Below, in pieces: positions 1 to 9,192 of a stretch of 64,000 nt of DNA (its first letter is position 1; each line of letters begins with the position of its first letter). The stretch lies in assembly GCA_963713045.1 (NCBI GenBank), contig CAVQKE010000001.1, positions 32,001 to 96,000 of the forward strand, in the 5' to 3' direction. Below the pieces are notes generated by a model. It was not told the DNA's origin. It worked only from the letters and a program-made list of their open reading frames with translations, and did not search any database. Both the position numbers and the translations under genes were made by a program. This DNA is from an uncultured delta proteobacterium. Lineage in GTDB: Bacteria; Myxococcota; Myxococcia; Myxococcales; Myxococcaceae.

Positions 1-1
1 C

Positions 2-526
2 GCCCTCCCCCGGCCGAAAGTACTTCGCCGAGTGTTTGCCTCCGCCGCCGCCCTCGGGGTGGACCGCCTGGTGCTGCTCAACGCCGCGCGGGTGGAGAAA
101 AGCTACTTTCTCTCTCCGGTCCTCACCGAGGCAAGGACGACAGCCGCGCTGCGTGACGGGCTCGAACAGGCCCGGGACACCCGTGCCCCGGAAATCCACC
201 TCTTCCAGCGGTTCCGCCCCTTCGTCGAGGACAGCCTCGATGGGTTGCTCGGCCCAGCGACGCGGCTGCTGCTGGACCCGGGACCGGAGACGCTTCCGCC
301 CGACGTCCCTCGCGGCACCCGGGTGACGCTGGCCATCGGCCCCGAGGGAGGCTGGGTGCCCTTTGAGCGTGCGCTGCTGGCCAAGCACGGTTTTGTGCCG
401 TTCTCCTTCGGGCCCCGGACACTCCGGGTGGAAGGGGTGCTTCCCTATGCCCTCGGCTGGCTGGCTGGCTGTCGCGCCCAGGCCATCAGCCGTGGGACAA
501 TTTCCTCGTCCGTGGCCGTCCCCTGA
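2..526 (+). CDS. rsmE: 16S rRNA (uracil-1498-N3)-methyltransferase RsmE family, 5'-partial
   Basis: Frame open from the window edge (ALPRPKVLRR...); SPOUT-like C-terminal motifs IGPEGGW and GPRTLRVE. Confidence 0.85.
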   Translation, partial: ALPRPKVLRRVFASAAALGVDRLVLLNAARVEKSYFLSPVLTEARTTAALRDGLEQARDTRAPEIHLFQRFRPFVEDSLDGLLGPATRLLLDPGPETLPPDVPRGTRVTLAIGPEGGWVPFERALLAKHGFVPFSFGPRTLRVEGVLPYALGWLAGCRAQAISRGTISSSVAVP

Positions 527-539
527 AAGGCGCACCCTC

Positions 540-2030
540 ATGGCTCATCCACCCCCTCCGCCTGCGCAGCCAATGAAGGCCCCCGCTGCGCCACCGCCGG
601 CACCCAAGTCCACCACCGCCTACGACACGGCGCCCCCGGCGGCCCTCTTGGAATTCATGATGCAGCGGTGGCGCCCGGCGGACGGCCGGCTGCCGCGGCC
701 TCTCCCCCACCACGCGTCCTTCGCGGCCCGCCGCCGCGCCCTGTCCCAGATGTTTCCAGGCGAGACGCTCCTCATCCCCACCGGGGAAGAGAAGGTGCGC
801 AGCAATGACACCGTCTACCGCTTTCGACCCGGTAGCGACTTCTACTACCTCACCGGCAACGTCGAGCCGGACTGCGTCCTGTTGATGCAACCGGCGGTTG
901 GAGGTGGCCATCGCGACGTCCTGTTGGTGGAGCCCAACCCGGGGCGCAGTGACGCCACCTTCTTCACCGACCGTCTGAAGGGGGAGCTTTGGGTCGGCCC
1001 CCGCCTCGGCGTCCAGCAGAGTCTCGCCCGCTACCGCGTGGACGAGGTGCGTCCGTTGAGCGAGTTGAAGCCCGTGTGTGCTTCCCTCAACGGACCGGCG
1101 ACCCGCCCCTGGCGGGTGGTGCGCGGCATCAGCCGCAGTGTGGACGCGGCCCTGCCGGACCAGGGCGCTCGCGATGCGGAATTGGCCACCGCGCTGGCGG
1201 AGATGCGCCTCTACAAGGACGCGCAAGAAGTCCGCGAGCTCTCGGCAGCCATCGCCTCCACCAAACGTGGCTTCGAGGACGTCATCCGCGCGCTTCGTGG
1301 GGCGCAGACCGAGCGCACCGTCGAGGGCGTCTTCAACCTCCGGGCCCGCGTCGAGGGGAATGACGTTGGCTATGGCACCATCGCTGCCTCGGGCGCCCAC
1401 GCCTGTATTCTCCACTGGACACGCAATGACGGGCCCCTGCGCCGGGGCGACTTGTTGCTTCTGGACGCGGGCGTCGAAGGCCACAGCCTGTACACCGCCG
1501 ACATCACCCGCACCCTTCCCGTCTCTGGGAAGTTTACCCGGGAGCAGCGCCAGATTTATGAGCTGGTGTATGCCGCCCAAGCCGCCGGCTTTGCCGCGGT
1601 CCGCCCAGGCAACGACTTTCTTGAGCCCAATCGCCAGGCGATGAAGGTGCTGGCCGAGGGATTACAGGCGCTCGGCATTCTCGAGGAGGCTGCCCTGGCG
1701 CTCGCCGACGAGCATCAATTCTACAAGCGCTATTCGCTGCACAACGTCAGCCACATGCTGGGCCTGGACGTCCATGACTGTGCGCAAGCCAGGATGGAGG
1801 TCTACAAGTATGGAACGCTCAAGCCGGGCATGGTGTTGACGGTTGAGCCGGGCCTGTATTTCCAGAAGGACGACCTCAGCGTGCCACCCCAATACCGCGG
1901 CATTGGCGTGCGCATTGAGGATGACGTGCTGGTGACGGCGAAGGGGATGCGCAACCTCTCCCACGCCTTCCCAAGCGAGGCCCGGGCGGTCGAAGCGTGG
2001 ATGGCCGAGGTGTGGAAAAGCCGACGCTAA
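540..2030 (+). CDS. pepP: Xaa-Pro aminopeptidase (aminopeptidase P, M24B)
   Basis: FRPGSDFYYLTG N-domain; metal ligands in LLLDAG, ADITRT, SHMLGLDVHD, TVEPG, GVRIEDD; ATG at 540 after AAAGG. Confidence 0.92.
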   Translation: MAHPPPPPAQPMKAPAAPPPAPKSTTAYDTAPPAALLEFMMQRWRPADGRLPRPLPHHASFAARRRALSQMFPGETLLIPTGEEKVRSNDTVYRFRPGSDFYYLTGNVEPDCVLLMQPAVGGGHRDVLLVEPNPGRSDATFFTDRLKGELWVGPRLGVQQSLARYRVDEVRPLSELKPVCASLNGPATRPWRVVRGISRSVDAALPDQGARDAELATALAEMRLYKDAQEVRELSAAIASTKRGFEDVIRALRGAQTERTVEGVFNLRARVEGNDVGYGTIAASGAHACILHWTRNDGPLRRGDLLLLDAGVEGHSLYTADITRTLPVSGKFTREQRQIYELVYAAQAAGFAAVRPGNDFLEPNRQAMKVLAEGLQALGILEEAALALADEHQFYKRYSLHNVSHMLGLDVHDCAQARMEVYKYGTLKPGMVLTVEPGLYFQKDDLSVPPQYRGIGVRIEDDVLVTAKGMRNLSHAFPSEARAVEAWMAEVWKSRR

Positions 2031-2052
2031 GCGGTGTCGGCAACCACCTGCC

Positions 2053-2082
2053 TTGACAGCGCGCGCAACTCATCGTTAGCGT
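2053..2082 (+). promoter_or_regulatory. sigma70-type promoter of the met leader/operon
   Basis: TTGACA (2053-2058), 18 nt spacer, TAGCGT (2077-2082); predicted start site a few nt before ATG 2093. Confidence 0.65.
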
Positions 2083-2092
2083 CGTTTTTCTG

Positions 2093-2200
2093 ATGAAGTT
2101 CTCGTCCACGGCGTTGTTGATGTGCCTGGAGGCCATGCGCATGCGCGGCCCGGGCATGTGCGCGTCCGCGGACGAGTGTTGTTGCGGCTGTCGTCGTTAG
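2093..2200 (+). CDS. Putative Met/Cys-rich leader peptide, 35 aa (MKFSSTALLMCLEAMRMRGPGMCASADECCCGCRR)
   Basis: Hand-translated ATG 2093 to TAG 2198-2200; 5 Met + 6 Cys; lies between the promoter and metY; absent from the ORF track. Confidence 0.75.
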   Translation: MKFSSTALLMCLEAMRMRGPGMCASADECCCGCRR

Positions 2201-2369
2201 CCGCTCTCCCGTCAGCGAACCGCCGCAGGCCCGGGCACCCTGACTCCGAGGCGGCCCGCCCGGACGGTTCGCACCAGCACCACTTCAGCGACTCGTCCTT
2301 CCCGGTGGGCCCCTCGCCTCATGGCCGAGAGTTTTCCCACCGCCGTTCATCAAAAAAAGGACCTGTCGT
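2170..2369 (+). promoter_or_regulatory. Putative attenuator RNA with alternative pairings controlling the metY RBS
   Basis: 2291-2298 ACTCGTCC pairs with 2170-2177 GGACGAGT; alternatively 2295-2300 GTCCTT pairs with SD-containing AAGGAC 2357-2362; nested stems 2215-2222/2265-2272, 2231-2236/2258-2263, 2303-2309/2336-2342. Confidence 0.6.
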
Positions 2370-2370
2370 C

Positions 2371-3669
2371 ATGTCAGAAAGCAAAGAGCAGCCGAAACCC
2401 AACTATCGCCCCGAGACCCTCGCCCTCCACGCCGGCTACCAGGCTGACGCCACCACCGGGTCACGTGCGGTGCCCATCTACCAAACCACCAGCTACAAAT
2501 TTCGCGATGCGGACCACGCTGCCGCGCTTTTCGGGCTGAAAGAGTTCGGCAACATCTACAGCCGCATCATGAACCCCACCAATGACGTGCTCGAGCAGCG
2601 CATCGCGGCGCTCGAGGGTGGCGTGGCCGCGCTGGCGGTTGCCAGCGGGCAGGCGGCGGAAACGCTGACCTTCCTCACGCTGCTCAAGTCAGGCGAGGAG
2701 ATTGTCTCGGCAAGCAGCCTCTACGGAGGTACCTACAACCTCTTCAAGGTGACGCTGCCTCGCCTCGGCATCAAGACCAAGTTCGTCGAAATTGGTGAAC
2801 ACGACGCAGTGCGGGCGGCCATCGGCCCGAGGACGCGCGCGCTGTTTGCCGAGACGCTCGGCAATCCTCGCCTGGACGTGGCGGACCTGGAGGTCCTCGG
2901 CGGCATCGCCAAGGACGCCGGCATCCCCTTCATCGTCGACAACACCGCTACCACGCCGGTCCTGGTCCAACCGCTGAAGCACGGCGCCAACATCGTCGTC
3001 CACTCGGCCACCAAGTACATCGGAGGGCACGGCCAGGCCATCGGCGGGTTGATTGTCGACGGAGGAAACTTCCCTTGGGACAACGGCAAATTCCCCGAAT
3101 TTACGGACCCCAACCCCGGTTACCACGGGCTGAAGTTGTGGGAGAGCTTCGGCAATCTCTCCTTCATCCTCAAGGCCCGGGTGGAGACGCTTCGGGACAC
3201 CGGGCCGGCGCTCAGCCCGTTCAACGCCCACGCCTTCATCAACGGCCTGGAGACGCTGCACCTTCGGGTGCGCCGGCATGGGGAAAATGCGCTCACCGTC
3301 GCCCGGTGGCTCCAGAGGGACCCGCGCGTGGCCTGGGTGCGCTACCCCGGCCTGGAGACGGACCCCGCCTACGCCCTCGCCCGCCGCTACTTCGACGGTG
3401 GCTTTGGCGGCCTGGTGGCCTTCGGCGTGAAGGGCGGCTTCGAGAAGGGCAAGGCACTCATCAACCGCGTCAAGCTGTGGAGCCTCCTGGCCAACATTGG
3501 GGATGCCCGCTCCCTCATCATCCACCCCGCCTCCACCACCCACCAGCAGCTCACCCCCGAGGAGCAGCGCTCCACCGGAGTGACGGAGGACTTGGTGCGG
3601 CTGTCGGTGGGGCTGGAGCACCCGGACGACATCCTGGCGGACCTCGACCAAGCCCTGGGCCGTGACTGA
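2371..3669 (+). CDS. metY: O-acetylhomoserine aminocarboxypropyltransferase (sulfhydrylase)
   Basis: ETLALHAG, RAVPIYQTTSY, GNIYSRIMNPT, PLP lysine in HSATKYIGGHG, LANIGDARSLIIHPASTTH; ATG 2371 after AAGGA. Confidence 0.95.
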   Translation: MSESKEQPKPNYRPETLALHAGYQADATTGSRAVPIYQTTSYKFRDADHAAALFGLKEFGNIYSRIMNPTNDVLEQRIAALEGGVAALAVASGQAAETLTFLTLLKSGEEIVSASSLYGGTYNLFKVTLPRLGIKTKFVEIGEHDAVRAAIGPRTRALFAETLGNPRLDVADLEVLGGIAKDAGIPFIVDNTATTPVLVQPLKHGANIVVHSATKYIGGHGQAIGGLIVDGGNFPWDNGKFPEFTDPNPGYHGLKLWESFGNLSFILKARVETLRDTGPALSPFNAHAFINGLETLHLRVRRHGENALTVARWLQRDPRVAWVRYPGLETDPAYALARRYFDGGFGGLVAFGVKGGFEKGKALINRVKLWSLLANIGDARSLIIHPASTTHQQLTPEEQRSTGVTEDLVRLSVGLEHPDDILADLDQALGRD

Positions 3670-4879
3670 GGACAGGGCCTTCGGGCAACCCCCCATGTTG
3701 CATCTCAACGAAAGCAGGCCGGCCGCGGCTACCCCCCGTCTCTTCGACCTTCGCCTGCCGGCACTTGCCTTGGCCCGGGGAGGGACCGTCGAGCCGCACG
3801 TGGCCCGCGGCTTCTGGTGGGGGCCAGAGGCCGACTTGCCGGCGCTTCGGGCGCGGACGCACACGCTCGCCAACGCTGAGTTGCAGGCTGCCCAGGCACA
3901 GCAGCCGGTGCGGCGCACCCAACCGCCGCCCTGGCTTCAGCCAGCCGGAGCGCCGGAATTCGAGCAAGCGGTGCCCACGGTCCTCCTCGTCCACGCGCTC
4001 ACCGGCGATGCCCGGGCCGGAGGGCCGGGAGGCTGGTGGGAGCCGCTGCTCGGTCCGGGACGCGCCCTCGACCCGTCGCGCGTCCGCATCCTGTGCTTTG
4101 CCAACCTCGGCTCGTGCTACGGCAGCTCGGGTCCGCTCGACGCGGGTTTTCCGGCTGGCGTCGACCTCACACCCTGGGACTTGGCCCGCGCGGCGCTTCA
4201 GGCGGTGGAGGCACTCGGTCTGGAGCGCTTGGCGTTGGTGGGAGGAGGCTCGCTGGGGGGCATGGTGTCCCTTTGCGTCGGGGCGCTTGGTGGCGCGCGG
4301 GTGGAACGGCTGCTTCCATTGGCCACCTCCGCCGCCGCGTCGGCCTGGGTGGTGGCCTGGAACCACATCCAGCGCAGCCTCCTGCAGCTGGACCCGGGCT
4401 GGCCAGACGACGTGGGCCGCGGCCTTGAGCTTGCCCGCCAGGTGGGGATGCTGACTTACCGCGCGGAACCGGGCCTCGAGGCGAAGCAGGGCAGGCACCT
4501 CGCGGGCCAACCCGGCTTCCAGCTCCCCTACCGCGTGCAGGGGTGGCTCGAACACCAAGGGCACAAGCTCCGGCGACGCTTCGACGCCCGCGCCTACCGG
4601 CTGCAGGCCGACGCCATGGACAGCCACGACTTGGACGCTCCTCCGCCAGGCCTCGGCGTTGGCCCCATCCGCGCCAGCAGCCTGGTGGTGGACGTGGACA
4701 CCGACCAGCTTTTCACACCGGCGCAGGTCGACGCCTTGGCCCAACGGCTGCGGGCGGGCGGCGCCCATGTCGAGAGGGCCACCCTCAAAAGTGCCCACGG
4801 GCACGATGCCTTTCTCCTCGAGTGGGACGCAGTCGCGGCCCTCGTGCGGCGCGCCCTGTCACTGCCCCCGGGCGGATGA
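3662..4879 (+). CDS. metX: Homoserine O-acetyltransferase-like alpha/beta hydrolase
   Basis: HALTGD, GWWEPLLGPG, nucleophile GGSLGGM, HGHDAFL; overlaps the metY stop; exact start uncertain. Confidence 0.85.
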   Translation: MTEDRAFGQPPMLHLNESRPAAATPRLFDLRLPALALARGGTVEPHVARGFWWGPEADLPALRARTHTLANAELQAAQAQQPVRRTQPPPWLQPAGAPEFEQAVPTVLLVHALTGDARAGGPGGWWEPLLGPGRALDPSRVRILCFANLGSCYGSSGPLDAGFPAGVDLTPWDLARAALQAVEALGLERLALVGGGSLGGMVSLCVGALGGARVERLLPLATSAAASAWVVAWNHIQRSLLQLDPGWPDDVGRGLELARQVGMLTYRAEPGLEAKQGRHLAGQPGFQLPYRVQGWLEHQGHKLRRRFDARAYRLQADAMDSHDLDAPPPGLGVGPIRASSLVVDVDTDQLFTPAQVDALAQRLRAGGAHVERATLKSAHGHDAFLLEWDAVAALVRRALSLPPGG

Positions 4880-7365
4880 GGCTTCACATGAGTTGGCACA
4901 TCTACAAGTTTGGTGGCTCTTCCCTCGGCGGCTCCGGGCGACTGCTGCGCGTCGTGCAACTCGTCGCCAGCGGCCCACGTCCTTTGGCCCTGGTGGTGAG
5001 CGCCCTCGGAGACACCACCGACTTCCTCCTCGCGGCGGCGACGGCGGCCGCGGCGGGCGACGAGGCCCGGGCACTCAATGAGGTCGGCCGCATTCGTTCG
5101 CTGGCTGTCGAAACGGCCGGGCAAGTCCTCTCCCAGGCGTCGTTGACGGCCCTGGGCAGAGCACTGGAGCAAGTGCTTGGCCCGCTGACCCAGCTGCTCC
5201 AGGGCATCCGGCTCACCGGCGAGTGCACAGCCAACGCGCGGGACGTGGTGCTTTCCGCCGGTGAGCGCATTGCCGCCGAAGTGGTGGCGGCCGCATTGCG
5301 GACCCGGGGCCAGTCGGCCATCGCGGTCGACGCCTCCACTTTCGTCGTCACGGATGAGGCCGCCGGTTCGGCCACGGTGGACATTGAGGCCACACGGGCA
5401 CGGCTCGCGCCGCTGACCTCGGCGTGGGAGGGCACCATTCCGGTCGTGACCGGCTTCATCGGCCGCTCGCGCGAAGGCCGGGTGACGACCCTCGGGCGAA
5501 ACGGCTCGGACTACACCGCCACCGTCCTCGGGCAGACGCTGGGCGCCCGCGAAGTCACCGTCTGGACGGACGTCCCGGGCGTCATGACGGCAGACCCGCA
5601 ACTCGTCGCCGAGGCCTATTCGGTGCCTCACCTGAGCTACCACGAGGCGCTCGAGCTCGCACACTTTGGAACGCGGATGTTTCACCCGCGCACCTTCCTG
5701 CCGCTGTTGGAGTCCGGCGCCCGACTGCGCATTCGGAACACCGTCGACCCCGAGTCGGCTGGCACGTGCATTGACGGGGCGGGCAACGCCGACCCGCGTC
5801 GCCCCACCTGCGTCACCAGCCTCGAGCGCCTGGCGCTCCTCGGCGTGGAGTCGCGGCGCTCGGCCCTCCCGGAGCCCATTGCTGCCCGTGTCCTTGAGGT
5901 GTTGGAGCGGGCGCGGGTGACGGTTTGGATGGCCACCCAAGCCGCTCACGGGCGTTCGGTGGCGCTGGTGGTACCCGAGTCCGAGGCGGCGCGCGCGCAA
6001 AACGCACTGCTCGGCACGCTGTCGACGGAGCTGCAACGCCAGGAAGTGGAGCTCCGGCCAACCCAAGCGCCCGTCTCGCTGCTGACCCTCGTCGCGGAGG
6101 CCATGGGACACCGCCCCAACGTCGCCGGGCGCTTCTTCGCGGCGCTGGGGAATGTCGGCATCAACGTCCGCGCCATCGCCCAGGGGGCAAGCAGCCGCAG
6201 CATCTCCTGCGTCATCGACGGCGCGGACACCACGCTGGCGGTGCGGACGGTCCATGCCGCTTTCAACCTGGCCGGCACAGAGACCTCCGTCCTCCTCCTC
6301 GGCCGGGGAACGGTGGGCGGGCGCCTTCTGGCGCAGATTGAGGCCAACGGCCCAGCCCTGCGGGAGCGCCACCACGTCGCCGTCCGGCTGGTGGGTATGG
6401 TGGACCAGCACCACCGCCTGTGGGACCCGAGGGGGTTATCCCCCGGCGAGCTGCCGCCGCGCGCGACGTCGCCATCGCCGGCCTCGGCACCGGACGTCGT
6501 TCCGCTGCTCGACGCGTTGGCGCGGCTTCCGGTGCCCATCCTCGTCGACTGCACCGCCGCCGACGGCATGGAGCGTCTCTACCTGGAGGCCTTTCGCCGC
6601 GGCATTCACGTGGTGGCCGCCAACAAGAAGCCGCTCGCCCTGCCCTTCGCCGAGCGCGAGGGGCTACTTCAGCACGCGCGCTCACATCACCGCGCTTACC
6701 TCTACGAGACGACGGTGGGAGCAAGTCTGCCCGTCATCGAGACGCTAAAAAACCTGGTCCGTACCGGCGACCGTGTGGAGCGCATCGACGGCAGCCTCTC
6801 TGGAACACTGGGCTTTCTGAGTCACGCCATCACCGGAGGCGAACTGCTGTCCCGCGCCGTCCGCACCGCTCGGGACCGGGGCTACACCGAGCCACACCCG
6901 CGGGACGACTTGTCCGGACTGGACGTGGCGCGCAAGGCGCTCATCCTCGCCCGCGAGCTCGGCCTGCACGCCGAGCTCGAGGACGTCGCGGTGGAGCCCT
7001 TCCTTCCGCGGGAAGCGCTGGCCGAGGATGACCCTGAGGCCTTCCTGCGCTCGCTGAGCGGCCTGGATGCCGCCTTCGCCGAAACCGTCGGGCGCTACCG
7101 CGCAGCGGGCAAAGTCCTTCGGTACCTGGTGCAAATCGTCCCCAACGCCCCGGATGGGCGGCAAGTGCGTGTGGGACCAGTCGCGGTCGATGCGGACCAC
7201 CCTGCCACTGGCCTGAAGGGCGCCGAGGCCCTGGTGGCCTTCACCACCGAAAGGTACCGCGAGTACCCGCTCATCGTTCGGGGCGCGGGAGCCGGGGGTG
7301 ACGTCACCGCTGCCGGGGTTCTGGCCGACGTGCTGAGGCTGGCCCAAGACGTCCGCGGCCGCTAG
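4876..7365 (+). CDS. thrA: Bifunctional aspartate kinase / homoserine dehydrogenase (ThrA/MetL type)
   Basis: KFGGSS, LGRNGSDYTA, WTDVPG, ACT domains, GRGTVG Rossmann motif, GYTEPHPRDDLSG, GAGAGGDVTA; ATGA overlap with the metX stop. Confidence 0.92.
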   Translation: MRLHMSWHIYKFGGSSLGGSGRLLRVVQLVASGPRPLALVVSALGDTTDFLLAAATAAAAGDEARALNEVGRIRSLAVETAGQVLSQASLTALGRALEQVLGPLTQLLQGIRLTGECTANARDVVLSAGERIAAEVVAAALRTRGQSAIAVDASTFVVTDEAAGSATVDIEATRARLAPLTSAWEGTIPVVTGFIGRSREGRVTTLGRNGSDYTATVLGQTLGAREVTVWTDVPGVMTADPQLVAEAYSVPHLSYHEALELAHFGTRMFHPRTFLPLLESGARLRIRNTVDPESAGTCIDGAGNADPRRPTCVTSLERLALLGVESRRSALPEPIAARVLEVLERARVTVWMATQAAHGRSVALVVPESEAARAQNALLGTLSTELQRQEVELRPTQAPVSLLTLVAEAMGHRPNVAGRFFAALGNVGINVRAIAQGASSRSISCVIDGADTTLAVRTVHAAFNLAGTETSVLLLGRGTVGGRLLAQIEANGPALRERHHVAVRLVGMVDQHHRLWDPRGLSPGELPPRATSPSPASAPDVVPLLDALARLPVPILVDCTAADGMERLYLEAFRRGIHVVAANKKPLALPFAEREGLLQHARSHHRAYLYETTVGASLPVIETLKNLVRTGDRVERIDGSLSGTLGFLSHAITGGELLSRAVRTARDRGYTEPHPRDDLSGLDVARKALILARELGLHAELEDVAVEPFLPREALAEDDPEAFLRSLSGLDAAFAETVGRYRAAGKVLRYLVQIVPNAPDGRQVRVGPVAVDADHPATGLKGAEALVAFTTERYREYPLIVRGAGAGGDVTAAGVLADVLRLAQDVRGR

Positions 7366-7459
7366 GCCGTGGGCCGCTCGCGCACCCGACTTCCGAGGGG
7401 CTTTTCCGGACAGCGGCCAACGCCGCGGCCGGGCGGTGGGGCCTCTCCCCGGAGGAATT

Positions 7460-8593
7460 TCATTGCTCGCTGGTGACCAGGCCGTGCTCTTGCGTCCCGA
7501 TGTCCGGGTCGTCGCGCACGGTGAAGTCACGCCGGCCAATTTCGCGCCCATCGTTCGTCTCCACCGTCACCCGCCAGTCCCCCGGACCCCAGTTCTGCTT
7601 GTAGGAATAGCCTGCGTAGCCCTCGTTGCGACCTCCGGAGATGGTGATGGGGACGGCGTCGCTCGACGCCCAGTGGGACCCGCTGTCTCGGTGCGCCCAG
7701 CGCAGCCGCACCTCGTCGTGGAAGTTGCGCGGCGCAAAGATGTGAACGAAGCAGTAGATGCGGTCACCGGGGCGAGCCAGAAAGTCCTGCTCGTCCGTCG
7801 TCCAAAAGCGCCACCAGGGCGGCCGGTGGTGGGTCAGGGTGTAGGTTGAGCTTCCGGGGTTCCTCGAGACGCCGTGGTAGATGCCGATGCCCCGCAGGGA
7901 AAGCGGCACCGGGGGCACCAAGTGCCCGAGGAAAAGGAGCACCAACACCGTTTGGACCCCGAGCGAAGGGGCCAACGCCTCCCGGAGCACGCGTCGAGTA
8001 TCCCCCGTGAGGCGGTGGTGGCCCCAGGCGAGCAGCGACAGCGGCAACAGCGAGGTCCCGACCGCCAGAAGAAACATCCACGGCCGAAGCCGGCCGAACA
8101 ACACCGGGTACAGGTAGGCGAAGTAGCTGGTGAGGCAAAAGCTGTAGAGCCCGAAGAGGACGACCGGGCCAAAGCGGCGAAACTGGGGCAGTTCGTTGAC
8201 GACCAGCAACAGAGAGATGGTGCCGAGAAAGAGCAGCGCTGAAAGCCCAGAGGCGCTCTTCAGGTAGAACAGCACGTAGGCATTGAGCAGCGTCCCCAGC
8301 ATGAAGTGCAGCGCGGGCTGGCTCCACCTCCACAGCCCCCGGAGATAGCGCGGAGGTTCCTGTTGGCGGTGGTTCCAAGTGTTGAGGCCGAAGAGCAAGA
8401 GGCCGGCGACCGCTAGGTAGGCTCCCTGCTGAATGAGGATGGGACCGTCATCAATGCGGCGCACCATCAACGCATCGAAAGTGAAGCCTCCAATGAAAAA
8501 GACGAGGTGCTCGGCCCGTGCATGCCGATGGCGAAAGGCCTCCAAGCGCTGGCGCAGGGAGGGAACCTGGTCCGACAGGTCGGTGGTGTTCAC
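7460..8593 (-). CDS. Membrane protein with C-terminal DUF2914-like domain
   Basis: Multiple TM segments, then GGRNEGYAGYSYKQNWGPGDWRVTVETNDGREIGR; GTG start at 8593 inferred. Confidence 0.75.
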   Translation of the reverse strand: MNTTDLSDQVPSLRQRLEAFRHRHARAEHLVFFIGGFTFDALMVRRIDDGPILIQQGAYLAVAGLLLFGLNTWNHRQQEPPRYLRGLWRWSQPALHFMLGTLLNAYVLFYLKSASGLSALLFLGTISLLLVVNELPQFRRFGPVVLFGLYSFCLTSYFAYLYPVLFGRLRPWMFLLAVGTSLLPLSLLAWGHHRLTGDTRRVLREALAPSLGVQTVLVLLFLGHLVPPVPLSLRGIGIYHGVSRNPGSSTYTLTHHRPPWWRFWTTDEQDFLARPGDRIYCFVHIFAPRNFHDEVRLRWAHRDSGSHWASSDAVPITISGGRNEGYAGYSYKQNWGPGDWRVTVETNDGREIGRRDFTVRDDPDIGTQEHGLVTSEQ

Positions 8594-8612
8594 CCTCGGG
8601 CAGGCGCGAGGG

Positions 8613-8921
8613 TCAGCCGGCGACCAACGCTTTGAGCTCGCCCCGCTCTTCCAGCTCCCGAAGGATGTCTGAGCCGCCGACGAATCGGCCGTGGATGAAG
8701 ATTTGGGGAATGGTCGGCCACTGGGTGAACTCCTTGATGCCGTCACGGAGCTCGGGCTCGGCCAGTACGTCAATTCCATGCACCGGTCCGTAGGCCTGAA
8801 GCATTTGGACCGCCGCGGCGGAGAACCCGCAGCGTGGGAAGAGTGGGTTGCCCTTCATGAAGACGACCACCGGATGGTGCTGGATTTCCTCTTCAATGCG
8901 GCTCTTCAGCTCGGGCGTCAT
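8613..8921 (-). CDS. grxD: Monothiol glutaredoxin (Grx4 family)
   Basis: FMKG..PRCGFS, WPTIPQ, GGSDI motifs. Confidence 0.93.
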   Translation of the reverse strand: MTPELKSRIEEEIQHHPVVVFMKGNPLFPRCGFSAAAVQMLQAYGPVHGIDVLAEPELRDGIKEFTQWPTIPQIFIHGRFVGGSDILRELEERGELKALVAG

Positions 8922-9190
8922 GGCGGAGTCCTTGTGCGTTCCTGAAATCGCTTCCATTGGTCCGGGGTGTATGTCTTTAACGCCAACGCGTGCAAGGCGC
9001 CGCTGTCCAGGAAGTCCCGCAGCGAAGCGTACACGGCCTGGTGCTGGTCGAGCATCCCCACCCCCTCAAAAGCGGAGGCCACCACTCGGGCCTCGAAATG
9101 GTCGCCCGTTCCGGTGAGGTCTCGCACCTCGACCGCGGCTCCCGGCAGAGCGGAGGTAATTCGCTGGGCAATGTCCTTCGGGTCAAGCAT
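8918..9190 (-). CDS. bolA: BolA/IbaG family protein
   Basis: GDHFEARVVASAFEG, HQAVY, LHALALKT; adjacent to grxD. Confidence 0.9.
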   Translation of the reverse strand: MLDPKDIAQRITSALPGAAVEVRDLTGTGDHFEARVVASAFEGVGMLDQHQAVYASLRDFLDSGALHALALKTYTPDQWKRFQERTRTPP

Positions 9191-9192
9191 CC

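Noticed and set aside
2030..2370. SAM riboswitch or T-box upstream of metY
   Set aside because: No SAM-I core (ATC..GAG, GGCAACC, GGTGC), no SAM-II pattern and no T-box TGGTACC-type motif visible; a leader peptide fits better
2122..2370. N-terminal extension of metY in the ORF track
   Set aside because: Not protein-like; family similarity and an RBS point to ATG 2371
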